From a bacterium (lineage in GTDB: Bacteria > Bdellovibrionota_C > UBA2361 > CALJRW01): a DNA stretch of 64,000 nucleotides. Made by a program: the position numbers and the translations under genes. The notes below the pieces were generated by a model, which saw nothing but the letters and a program-made list of their open reading frames with translations, made no database searches and was not told the DNA's origin. Shown here piece after piece: positions 9,546 through 18,792 of this stretch (the first letter of the stretch is position 1; each line of letters starts with the position of its first letter). The stretch spans positions 32,001-96,000 of the forward strand of contig JANNBC010000010.1 in assembly GCA_031385045.1 (NCBI GenBank), written 5' to 3'.

Positions 9546-10919
9546 ATGAGCAATACAAGAATCGAAAAAGATACGATGGGTGAAATGTCTGTTCCCGTAG
9601 AGGCGCTCTATGGAGCTTCCACGCAACGGGCAGTTCTAAATTTCCCAATTAGCGGGCTTCGCTTTTCCAGGGCAATGATTAAAGCATTGGGGGCAATTAA
9701 GCTTTCTGCTGCTAAGGCAAATCTAGAGCTTGGAGCATTAGATGCGAAATTATTTGATCCAATTGCCAGTGCCTGTGAAGAAGTCATTGCTGGTAAACTT
9801 GATCAGCATTTCGTAGTAGATATTTTCCAAACTGGCTCAGGTACTTCCACCAACATGAATGCCAACGAGGTGATTGCAAATCGTGCTGGGCAAATTGCTG
9901 GAAGTAAGATTCATCCCAATGACCACGTGAATATGGCGCAATCCTCTAACGATGTAATTCCAACAGCCATTCACGTATCTTGTGCTATGGCAATTAACGA
10001 AGAATTAATTCCTGCCCTAGAGTATTTAAAAAAACATTTAGATCTGAAAGCTGTTGAGTTTAAGGATATTTTAAAGTCCGGACGAACTCACTTGCAGGAT
10101 GCTACTCCAATTACTCTTGGTCAAGAGTTCTCCGGCTACGTAACGCAAGTTGGTAATGGTGTTGCTCGAATTAAACGTTCACTGGTTTCGTTAAATGAAT
10201 TAGCACTTGGTGGTACTGCTGTTGGAACTGGATTAAACACAGATCGCCAATTTCCTGCTTTAGCAATTAAGAAATTATCTGAATTATTAAAAATAGATTT
10301 TGTAGAAGCACCAAACCACTTTGAAGCCCAGGGGGCGCGCGATGCTGTGGTTGAAATGAGTGGGCAGTTAAGAACTGTTGCCTGTTCTTTAATGAAGATT
10401 GCTGAAGATCTACGGTGGTTAGCTAGTGGCCCGCGCTGTGGACTCGGTGAATTAAATCTTCCAGAAATACAACCAGGTTCCAGCATTATGCCAGCAAAGG
10501 TTAATCCTGTTATTTGTGAATCGGTAATGATGGTTGCGACGCAAGTGATTGGCAATGATACCGCAATTGCGTTAGCTGGTCAGCGTGGAAATTTTGAGCT
10601 TAATGTAATGCTTCCTGTTATTGCTTATAATTTAGATCAATCCGTTAGCCTTTTAGCTAGCGTTTCCAGGAATTTTGTAGATAAATGTATTCAGGGAATT
10701 ACTGCTAATCCTGAAGTTTGTCTAAAGTATGCCGAATCTAGTTTGGCAACTTGTACTTCACTAGCTCCAATTATTGGTTATGATCAAGCAGCCGCGGTTG
10801 CTAAGTTAGCTCATAAAAAGAACCTAACTGTTCGGGAAGCCGCCTTAGAATTAAAAGTCTTACCAGAGGTAGAACTAAATCAAGCTCTTAATTTAATGGC
10901 GATGACTAAGCCAGCTTAG
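9546..10919 (+). CDS. fumC: Class II fumarate hydratase
   Basis: QTGSGTSTNMNANEV, HPNDHVNMAQSSND, GRTHLQDATP, GSSIMPAKVNP. Confidence 0.96.
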   Translation: MSNTRIEKDTMGEMSVPVEALYGASTQRAVLNFPISGLRFSRAMIKALGAIKLSAAKANLELGALDAKLFDPIASACEEVIAGKLDQHFVVDIFQTGSGTSTNMNANEVIANRAGQIAGSKIHPNDHVNMAQSSNDVIPTAIHVSCAMAINEELIPALEYLKKHLDLKAVEFKDILKSGRTHLQDATPITLGQEFSGYVTQVGNGVARIKRSLVSLNELALGGTAVGTGLNTDRQFPALAIKKLSELLKIDFVEAPNHFEAQGARDAVVEMSGQLRTVACSLMKIAEDLRWLASGPRCGLGELNLPEIQPGSSIMPAKVNPVICESVMMVATQVIGNDTAIALAGQRGNFELNVMLPVIAYNLDQSVSLLASVSRNFVDKCIQGITANPEVCLKYAESSLATCTSLAPIIGYDQAAAVAKLAHKKNLTVREAALELKVLPEVELNQALNLMAMTKPA

Positions 10920-10958
10920 TTTTTGCTGATAAGTTAGGTGGAAGGATTTGCTTCCTAT

Positions 10959-11513
10959 CTAATGAAATTGACTCTTGCTCATCTCCGGGACTGTTTTGCT
11001 TTCAGTATTAATAAATTTCTTAAGGCTACGACTAATAATTTTTGTTTTATCTTGGTGGTTGCCAGATCGACGATCGATTTCTTGAGATAAAACTTTCGCA
11101 AAAAATAGTCGACGATTGGGAGCAATCTTTGGTGAGAGATGCCAAACTAAAGCTGAGGGTATCGCAATTAGCAGAACTCCAGTGGAGGCCATATAAAAAG
11201 TTGCTCCACTGTAAGCAAGTTGTAGTCCAAAGATAACAGCGAGCAGTAGCCCTAGAAGTGATAATAAATAGTAAGGAGTTTGAAGATTAGATCGTTGAAT
11301 ACAAAGTTTCTCATCGCCGATACTAAAGTCTAGTAGATCTTCTAAATAACTTTCTAAAACTTCATTGGGGATAAATGCTAAATTAGTTTGTAGGCAGTTA
11401 GGTGTCTTATTAATTAGAAAGTTGTAGAAGGGGATTTGGGATTCCAATTCGAGAAGACTTTTCCCTATTAAAGTGTAATGTTGTTTAAGGTTGCCTGATT
11501 TTGATAGATCCAT
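10959..11513 (-). CDS. Hypothetical protein with two TM helices
   Basis: 184-aa ORF with two central hydrophobic segments; no family recognised. Confidence 0.6.
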   Translation of the reverse strand: MDLSKSGNLKQHYTLIGKSLLELESQIPFYNFLINKTPNCLQTNLAFIPNEVLESYLEDLLDFSIGDEKLCIQRSNLQTPYYLLSLLGLLLAVIFGLQLAYSGATFYMASTGVLLIAIPSALVWHLSPKIAPNRRLFFAKVLSQEIDRRSGNHQDKTKIISRSLKKFINTESKTVPEMSKSQFH

Positions 11514-11554
11514 TCTTGGTTTATATCAAAATACACCAAAATTGTTTAGTACTC

Positions 11555-11662
11555 TTATTTCTTATTATTACTTGGTCGTCTAACAGGCACAGGTACGGGA
11601 ACTTTCGGTGGAAGAAAGAAATCCGCTAAGATATCAAGTATATATTCCCAGACTTTATTCAT
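11555..11662 (-). CDS. Small protein of 35 aa with a PVPVPVRR motif (not in the ORF track)
   Basis: Hand translation: MNKVWEYILDILADFFLPPKVPVPVPVRRPSNNKK*; co-oriented with both neighbours. Confidence 0.7.
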   Translation of the reverse strand: MNKVWEYILDILADFFLPPKVPVPVPVRRPSNNKK

Positions 11663-11836
11663 TATTTCTTACCATCGACTGCTTAAATCAAGTTCTTAAG
11701 TTTTTAGATGAAAAAACACTGAAATAGCTTCAATTAATAGTTGAACCAGTAAAATTAAATTTGCGGTTCAACTATCTGGTTGTTAAAGTTGCATGGCCAG
11801 GACTTTAGTAATCTTAAGCCAAGATCCTCAAAATTC

Positions 11837-12196
11837 TTAGTGAGTATTAGTGTGTTTTGTAAAATACCATGGAGCAACGCGATTTTTTCCTCTGCGCGGC
11901 ATTGCCTTGATGGTATTGCTGACAAAAGTAGGATCTAAGTCTAATTCCTTGCAGGTCCAAGCAAAGCTAAATGGGGCTAATGGCTCAGCATCATTGTCAT
12001 TTTCAGTATTTTTTTCTGAACCAAAAAGCCATTCTTCGGCTTGTTTTAAGTCTTTCTGATCGTTACCGACATAATCAAGGATTGCTCTTTCTAACATCGA
12101 CATCAAAAGGTTTCTTTCCGGGGTTCCGTAAGGGCTGGGCTCTGAATTAAGTGGGCTATTATAATCAAAATCAATCATTCTGTTACTTTTACTCAT
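11837..12196 (-). CDS. Hypothetical protein (PERNLLMSMLERAILD...FSFAWTCKELDLDP)
   Basis: 119-aa ORF with a strong AGGAG RBS; function unknown. Confidence 0.7.
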   Translation of the reverse strand: MSKSNRMIDFDYNSPLNSEPSPYGTPERNLLMSMLERAILDYVGNDQKDLKQAEEWLFGSEKNTENDNDAEPLAPFSFAWTCKELDLDPTFVSNTIKAMPRRGKNRVAPWYFTKHTNTH

Positions 12197-12364
12197 TATT
12201 ATCTCCTAATACCTGTGCAATTAAGTACTAGCCTTATTTGCCAGTGCAAAACCTGAAGACTAAGACAAACTTGACTGAATAGTTAATGGTCAGTCTTCTG
12301 TTTGTTTTAGTCTTCTATGACAAAAACTTAGTGTCATATTAGGGAGACGAGGGGCTTGGAATGT

Positions 12365-13615
12365 TTATTCAACTAATTCTAAAACTTTATGGGAAAGTTG
12401 ATTGATTTCAATTAGATAACGAAAAGCTTGGTATTCTGTGACTAGTTCATCATCATTATTATTACTGATTGCTAATTGTGGAAAGTTCTCTAGTACTCCA
12501 GCGATTTCTTGGAAAAGTTCTGGATTAGTCTTACTTAGTGCTTGCAGTTTTTCTTTGTCGATTTTCTTAGCAAGTTTCTGAAGTTGATAGATTTCTCCTA
12601 GGCCAATTCTATATAGTTTTTGTAGGAAATAAGTTTCGTATATTTGGAGAATATTATTGTGAAAGTGATTTACAACAACCTCAAGTCCAATGTTAATCGC
12701 GCCGGTTACTTGTTCCGCGCAAAAATTAATTTGTTCAAAATCATCTAATGGTAGTCTCCAGCGAACCATAGCTGAGTTGATAAGCATTGTTAGTTCGGCA
12801 TCTAATTCTGAAGTGTCGCCTTTTAGACCCCATAGCTGAGTTAGTGGTTGTAAATCTGAAGCTTCAAAGGCTGGTGTTGGTAGATTCTTTGGATTAAAGT
12901 TTTGAATAAACTTCTTGCTTGTATCGGGAGATTGTTTGCTATCAAATTTTAGCGGAGTGTTTAGTTCCATTGCTCTTTCCCAGCTTGGAAAACCTTCGGA
13001 TTCTAATCTTTTTTGTTTTTCTTGAAAGGAATCTTCTTCTAGCTGGCTGACAGTCGCAATGCTTGGTACGCTAATTAGTTGATAAAAAATTCGTGGATCT
13101 AGATCGAAGATCATTGCTAAGAAGCGGTTTAATAAGAAGTTCCGATGATGATCTGGTATTTTGACATTGACCCAAGTGTATCCCAGGTCGGGAGTAAAAT
13201 AATCACCAGCCGGAGGTTCGTCTGTTGGTTCTTCGTTGACATGAAAATTAACGTATTTTCCTAGTAGAAAAGCCACGATTTTTAAGTCCGAGGCACTAAG
13301 GATTTTTTCTAAGATTTCTATGTCCGGAGTATCCCCGGCACAGTCAGGTAGCTCTAGCCAATGCCAGAAATTTTCCTCATTAAAACTATCAGCATTCCAG
13401 CAATCCAAATCAAGGAAAAGCTGGCATTGCTCTACGGTACATAGTTCTAATAGTTCAAAACATTCGCTTAGGCCGTTTTGTTTAATTGTTAGGTAAAGCG
13501 CTTGAGCGGGAAGCTGTTTAACATAGAGCTCAGGAGAATCAGACTGAAATATTTTTTTCAGTAAATTCTTCTGGTTATAGTGACTCTTAAATGCAATGTC
13601 ATGTTTAAAGTTCAT
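12365..13615 (-). CDS. DUF6178-like protein
   Basis: VKQLPAQALY...ELLELCTVEQCQLFLDLDCW and RLESEGFP motifs; ATG at 13615 preferred over TTG at 13648. Confidence 0.65.
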   Translation of the reverse strand: MNFKHDIAFKSHYNQKNLLKKIFQSDSPELYVKQLPAQALYLTIKQNGLSECFELLELCTVEQCQLFLDLDCWNADSFNEENFWHWLELPDCAGDTPDIEILEKILSASDLKIVAFLLGKYVNFHVNEEPTDEPPAGDYFTPDLGYTWVNVKIPDHHRNFLLNRFLAMIFDLDPRIFYQLISVPSIATVSQLEEDSFQEKQKRLESEGFPSWERAMELNTPLKFDSKQSPDTSKKFIQNFNPKNLPTPAFEASDLQPLTQLWGLKGDTSELDAELTMLINSAMVRWRLPLDDFEQINFCAEQVTGAINIGLEVVVNHFHNNILQIYETYFLQKLYRIGLGEIYQLQKLAKKIDKEKLQALSKTNPELFQEIAGVLENFPQLAISNNNDDELVTEYQAFRYLIEINQLSHKVLELVE

Positions 13616-13657
13616 GTAGTCACTATTTATATTGTTTTTGCGGTACAAAATCGAAGA

Positions 13658-13683
13658 TCCTCCATAGCCTTAGCGAAGGAGGA
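13658..13683. repeat. REP-like GC-rich palindrome
   Basis: TCCTCC-ATAGCCTTAGCGAA-GGAGGA; related half-sites at 22759-22770, 23732-23746 and 23775-23789. Confidence 0.55.
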
Positions 13684-13773
13684 CTGGAGACCAGTATTTG
13701 TACTCGCCGTAAATTTAATATTTTTTGGATAAGATTTTTGAAATTTACGATACAATTAGTCTTAGCTAATGAC

Positions 13774-14340
13774 TTACTCATTTTTCTTAGAAACTTTTGG
13801 TGTAAAAATTACAAAAATTTGCTTACCTGGCTTTGGAGATTGCGAATCAATATCAGCAATATCTTCCAAGGCAATAGCTACTTCTTTAAATTTTTCAATT
13901 CCACGATCCATAAAAGCAATTTCTCGACCTTTAAAGAGCATCGAGAATTTAACCTTATCGCCTTTTTCTAAAAAGCCTCGGGCGCGTTCAACTTTAGTTT
14001 TGAAATCACCTTTGTCTGTAGTGTAGCGAATGCGAAGTTCTTTGATGACGACTTCCGAGCGTTTCTTTTTAGAGTCTGCTTCTTTCTTTTGTTCGCGGTA
14101 TTTAAACTTACCGTAGTCCATGATCTTGCAAACTGGAGGTGCAGCTTTTGGCGCGACTTCTACTAAATCTAGTCCTAGGCTTTCGGCACGATCTAGTGCT
14201 TCTCGTGTTGAAATAATGCCTAGCTGCTCACCGCTTTCGGATATTACTCTAACTTGGGGAACTTTAATGCGGTGGTTGATACGATGTTGGTCGTTGGTAA
14301 CAGTAGCCGGATTGAATCTCGGCCGGTAATTTGAACTCAA
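13774..14340 (-). CDS. infC: Translation initiation factor IF-3 (TTG start)
   Basis: INHRIKVPQVRVI, GLDLVEVAP...PPVCKIMDYGKFKY, FKGRE; GGAG 7 nt upstream of TTG. Confidence 0.96.
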   Translation of the reverse strand: MSSNYRPRFNPATVTNDQHRINHRIKVPQVRVISESGEQLGIISTREALDRAESLGLDLVEVAPKAAPPVCKIMDYGKFKYREQKKEADSKKKRSEVVIKELRIRYTTDKGDFKTKVERARGFLEKGDKVKFSMLFKGREIAFMDRGIEKFKEVAIALEDIADIDSQSPKPGKQIFVIFTPKVSKKNE

Positions 14341-14620
14341 ATAGGATCTCCAAAAAAAGCTAGTTTCAGATACGAATTTTGCACTTAAGATGAGAATATT
14401 AAGAGCGGAAAATCTGAAATTGCCATAAAATTAAAGCAAGAAAATAGGATGAAATTCTTGCGCAATTGGCTTCTATTTTTACAGCACTTGGAAATTAATT
14501 CAAGTGCCGAAACTACATTTGCTAAGATTCTAGGGTTTGATTGCTATAATTGAGTGATTTTGAGAGGCAGACCCGCAGTTTTTTAGTGATTACCAATCTA
14601 AAAGTTGCTAATACTGCACT

Positions 14621-16648
14621 ATGTATGTCACTCCAGACCTAGGTTTAGTTCAGGGTACTTTGTCATTGCTAGATGCAGAATCCTTTAATACTGGGCGTAA
14701 ACTTACCAAAGTATCGCTGGATCTTGGTGTGCTTATCTCAAAATCTAAGGATTCTAAGCTCCAGCCGACACGCGCTACATTTGAAGATGCTTTTCCTCAA
14801 CTCCTTACCGGGCTTTCTGAAAAATTTCGTTATTATCCCGAACAAGCCTTTGCGATTAGTCGAATTTTAGCAGATTCCACCAATAAGTTTTTATTAAATG
14901 ACACCGGAGGAGGCAAGACAGCAATTGCCTTAGCTTGTGCTCAAAACGTAATCGCTAGCGGTGGGCGAGTCTTGTTTTTAAGTCGCAAGCGACACCTAGT
15001 TAATCAGATTTGTAAGGATGCGCTCGATTATACAAATTTAACTTCAGCTGAGATTGCTAATTTAAATGGAATGACTCCTGAGAAGCGAAGTAAAGCCTAT
15101 GCTGATAGTAAGCATAAATTATTTTTAACTACGGCTGAAACTGGACGCAATGATCTTGCTAGTAAAGTAAATCAGGGTCGGGTTGATCCCTTATCTTTTG
15201 ACTTGATAATTTTTGATGAGGCTCACACCATGGATCAGGGTGAGCGTAAGAATAGGAAAGGGCAAGATGCTTATAATCTAATTTTTGCAAATTCCAGAAA
15301 GCTACCACAGGTGCTTTTAATGTCTGCGTCGATTCTCGATCTTAGTGCCGAAAAAAAATCAGCAGAAGATTTGATTTTTGGTATTCAGACTTTTTTAAAG
15401 CGGGCGCAAATTGCTGAAGTAATCAAAATTGAATTACCAGGTGTGCCAGTTGTAAGTAAAAATATTTTTTGTCCTTTGAAAGAAGCTTTTGAAATCCTAG
15501 TTTCTAAGTTAGATCGACAAATTGATTATTATACAGAACGCCTAGCTAAGGATTATCAAGAGAAAATTTTGCTGGCAATCCAAGGCTTAAGTCCAAGTCA
15601 GCGTTTTCAATTTGAAGATTTGGATTCCGAGCAAGAGTACTTTCAGAAGATTACAAAAACTTGCCCACCATATTTCCAGCGTGGTCGGCACGCGTCTTTC
15701 TTGTCCAGCCTGAATGAATTGGATTCCAAACGAGACTTTCCAGTTTCACTTTTTGATACCTATTTAAGATATCAAACTTATAATGAAGCCATTCGGCTAC
15801 GCGAGTATTTAACTTCCTACGGAGGGTATGCTTATTTGCAGTACATGGGGTCTTTGATTTGGGATCAACGCTCGGAGCAGAAATTTGGCGCCCATCGTTG
15901 GAACTTAGTTTCGCGACTATGTTTTGATGAGGAACATAGTGCCTTTCGTGAAGTCTTTGATCAGTTAGCCCAAGGCACTCCATTTCAAACTCTGCTGACT
16001 AAGGACGACTTGTCATGCTTAGATCCTGAGCTGAAATATAATCGAGAAAGTAAGTCGAGGTTTGTTGTCATGGCGCGCGAGGCCTATCTAGCAACAGGTA
16101 ATAATCAGATTTTAAATCGAGGATATTTTGACCATCCTAAAATTGGAAAACTATTAGAAACTGTTCAGGATTATTTTGAATTGCCTGAGCAAGGAAAAAA
16201 AATGTTGGTTTGTACGGACTTAGTAGAACATGTCTTTTTTCTTAAGCAGTTATTAGTAGAGAGATTAGCTCTTTCCTCTAGCGCAGTTACAACTGCTGTC
16301 GGAAGCGGTCAACATTCAACTAAGCTTGGCAAGGATAGTCTTGCAAATATTCTTGCTTTTCAAGATCCAGCTGGCCCATCAATCCTAGTTGCCACAGTGC
16401 CATTAATTGCCTTGGGTACAGATGTCAAAGGGGCTCGTGGGATTCTTAGTTTTCGTCCTCAAGATAAGCCAGTGACTGTGCAACAGTTAGAAGGGCGAGT
16501 GCGCCGGCAACTTGATTTTAACAAGATGAGCCCTAATGACTATGGATATTTCTATACACTCTATTCCCGATTTGATTCTGCAAAAGTTAAGATCTTAGAA
16601 GCTAGACAAAGATTACAAAAAGAAATCTTGGCGGCATTATCATTGTAA
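14621..16648 (+). CDS. SF2 DEAH-box helicase, Hef/Mph1/FANCM-like
   Basis: Walker A DTGGGKT, IFDEAH, motif III SAS, helical insert, DHPK before the second RecA domain, motif VI QLEGRVRR. Confidence 0.75.
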   Translation: MYVTPDLGLVQGTLSLLDAESFNTGRKLTKVSLDLGVLISKSKDSKLQPTRATFEDAFPQLLTGLSEKFRYYPEQAFAISRILADSTNKFLLNDTGGGKTAIALACAQNVIASGGRVLFLSRKRHLVNQICKDALDYTNLTSAEIANLNGMTPEKRSKAYADSKHKLFLTTAETGRNDLASKVNQGRVDPLSFDLIIFDEAHTMDQGERKNRKGQDAYNLIFANSRKLPQVLLMSASILDLSAEKKSAEDLIFGIQTFLKRAQIAEVIKIELPGVPVVSKNIFCPLKEAFEILVSKLDRQIDYYTERLAKDYQEKILLAIQGLSPSQRFQFEDLDSEQEYFQKITKTCPPYFQRGRHASFLSSLNELDSKRDFPVSLFDTYLRYQTYNEAIRLREYLTSYGGYAYLQYMGSLIWDQRSEQKFGAHRWNLVSRLCFDEEHSAFREVFDQLAQGTPFQTLLTKDDLSCLDPELKYNRESKSRFVVMAREAYLATGNNQILNRGYFDHPKIGKLLETVQDYFELPEQGKKMLVCTDLVEHVFFLKQLLVERLALSSSAVTTAVGSGQHSTKLGKDSLANILAFQDPAGPSILVATVPLIALGTDVKGARGILSFRPQDKPVTVQQLEGRVRRQLDFNKMSPNDYGYFYTLYSRFDSAKVKILEARQRLQKEILAALSL

Positions 16649-16737
16649 GAATAGAAGCAAAAAAAGCTCCTAACTTAAAGGCATTTTTTTGCCGCCATTT
16701 AAGTATAGATATTTATTACCATGGGCGTTTTCAGCAT

Positions 16738-18672
16738 TTAGTATAGCTCTTGAGCATCAATGCAAATTTGTCCTTGATACTTTCCTTTGGTAGAAATTCG
16801 GACACTCCCAATAACTGTGAGTTGGATTTTATTTGCCTGATCGCTAGTAAGCATTTCGCCGATTTTAGGTTTTATTAAATCCATCGGGATAAAGACATCA
16901 GTTTCATAATTTAGCAGACTATTTTGCTGTTCTAAGACTCGAAGTCTCCAGATATCTAAATCTTTTAATTTTTTAGCCTCGAGAACTTTTAAATTATTAA
17001 GGATAAATAATGGTTTAGGGAAACCATTCCCAAAGGGTGCTAGGGTTGACATGCATCGAATAAATTCTGGCGTCAGTTGTGCTAGGCTTAAAGGCAGAGC
17101 GACAGATTCTAAATTGCTAGGAGTTATTTGCTGCTTGGTGCATTCTTCCTGAAATCTTTCTTGAAAAATTGCTAAGGAATTAGCCTTAATCGTAAGTCCA
17201 GCCGCCATGGAATGACCACCGAATTTAATGATTACTTCAGGATTAGTTTTTTTGATGGTCGCTAAAATTTCTACTAAATTAATTCCTTTGACGCTTCTTC
17301 CTGAGCCTTGTCCTGCTTGACAAAAAACAATCGCTGGGCATTGATAGATTTGGCTTACTTTGCTTGCTAGCAATCCTAATACGCCTTTTCGAAAACCCTC
17401 TTCTTTTGTCCCACTAACAGCAATCCCTGGAGGAAGGCTCTCCCTGGAGTTTAGTTTTTTAATCAGTGTACGAGTAGCCAAGCTTTGAATTCCCTTGCGG
17501 ATATTATTAATTTTAATCAAAGTCTCAATCCCCGCTTTACGAATAGTGGGATTTTTTTCAAAAAAGATTTTGGTGACTAGTAGTGGATCGGCAATTCGAC
17601 CTTGGGCATTAATTACTGGAGAAATATAATAGCCAATGATGTCGGAAACTTGGTAAATTATTTCTTCTTTCTCAAATTTTTCTAAGCTGGGAGTCAGATT
17701 AATTTTTTGACCAAAGACTTCTTTGATAAATGGGTCTTGCGAAGTGAGTAGGTTTTTAATCCCAAGTGCTGTAATCGCTCTATTGCCGGGAGTGTTGAGT
17801 GGTGCGACATCACCAATTGTGGCAATCAAAGCCAAAATGGAACAGAGGTTTAAATCGATTTTAATATTTTCTTGCAGTGCTTGTTGCAAGCCATAAGCAA
17901 ATAAATAGGTTATTCCTCCTGTGGCAAATGGTTCAGAGAGGTAAGGTTTGAAGTTATCACAAGGGTTTACAAAGATTGTTTCTTGGCGCGGGGAGTCTTG
18001 GGATAAAAGATGATGATCTAGGGTTATGCTATTTCTAATTTGGCCTAGCTCACGTTTATTACTTGTACCCATATCTAAACAAAATAAAAGGCCATCATGC
18101 TTGTGGAGTTCTGTTAATAGTAATATTTTCCAAGCTGTCTGTTGAGTAGCTTGAAAAAAAGGGTCGTCCTCTGCTTGTACTGCTAAATGTTTAGCAAAAG
18201 ATTCGGAGAAGTTTTTTTTAACAAAAATTAGAATTTCATCTGAGGATAAGTTGTCTTTCGTAAAAAAAGTTTCGATTAGAATCTTTTCTTCTGCAAGTTG
18301 TTGATTAAAGAAGCTTTGAGCATCCGAAGTTATTCTTGAATTAAGACCATAGCCTTCTGTTTCACGAACTGGAGTAGTGTAAATATATTTCAGGTTTAAA
18401 GCTTTGCAAGCTAAAATAATTTGCAGCGCAGAAGTGATGCCATCAGTGTCATAGTCCGAAGCAATTGCAATTGGTCGTCCCCATTCAGCAAATTTACAAA
18501 AAGTTTTAATTGCTTTTGGTAAGTTTTTCATTTCGAGGTATCTCTCGAGTGGGACTTCTTCGGGGCGTAATAATTCTCTAGTTTCGTTAGACATCAAAGG
18601 GTGACCTTGAGAACGCAGATAACGACTAAGAATGTCGGTAGGAGAGCAGCTCGGTGATTGCGCATGGATCAT
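16738..18672 (-). CDS. recJ: RecJ-like DHH/DHHA1 single-stranded DNA exonuclease
   Basis: SDYDTDGITS, LDMGTS, LDHH, TIGDVAPL, INAQGR, GSGRS, FGGHSMAAGL, LAPFGNGFPKP. Confidence 0.85.
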   Translation of the reverse strand: MIHAQSPSCSPTDILSRYLRSQGHPLMSNETRELLRPEEVPLERYLEMKNLPKAIKTFCKFAEWGRPIAIASDYDTDGITSALQIILACKALNLKYIYTTPVRETEGYGLNSRITSDAQSFFNQQLAEEKILIETFFTKDNLSSDEILIFVKKNFSESFAKHLAVQAEDDPFFQATQQTAWKILLLTELHKHDGLLFCLDMGTSNKRELGQIRNSITLDHHLLSQDSPRQETIFVNPCDNFKPYLSEPFATGGITYLFAYGLQQALQENIKIDLNLCSILALIATIGDVAPLNTPGNRAITALGIKNLLTSQDPFIKEVFGQKINLTPSLEKFEKEEIIYQVSDIIGYYISPVINAQGRIADPLLVTKIFFEKNPTIRKAGIETLIKINNIRKGIQSLATRTLIKKLNSRESLPPGIAVSGTKEEGFRKGVLGLLASKVSQIYQCPAIVFCQAGQGSGRSVKGINLVEILATIKKTNPEVIIKFGGHSMAAGLTIKANSLAIFQERFQEECTKQQITPSNLESVALPLSLAQLTPEFIRCMSTLAPFGNGFPKPLFILNNLKVLEAKKLKDLDIWRLRVLEQQNSLLNYETDVFIPMDLIKPKIGEMLTSDQANKIQLTVIGSVRISTKGKYQGQICIDAQELY

Positions 18673-18792
18673 AATGACATCCTATCGCTTCCTGAGACAC
18701 TAAGCTAACTGAATGATTTAGCTGGGGTTTTGATTATTTACAGACATTCAGCTAAAAATGAGTTGGTCGGACGTTTTATAAATTAGGAAATA

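Noticed and set aside
12202..12347. 6S RNA or tRNA
   Set aside because: No cloverleaf or T-loop motif; the fold is multibranched and closes on an RBS, unlike the 6S rod with a central bubble.
18673..18792. yybP-ykoY (Mn2+) riboswitch expected upstream of TerC/Alx
   Set aside because: I could not find the conserved core motifs; only a weak CTGAATG/CATTCAG stem is present.
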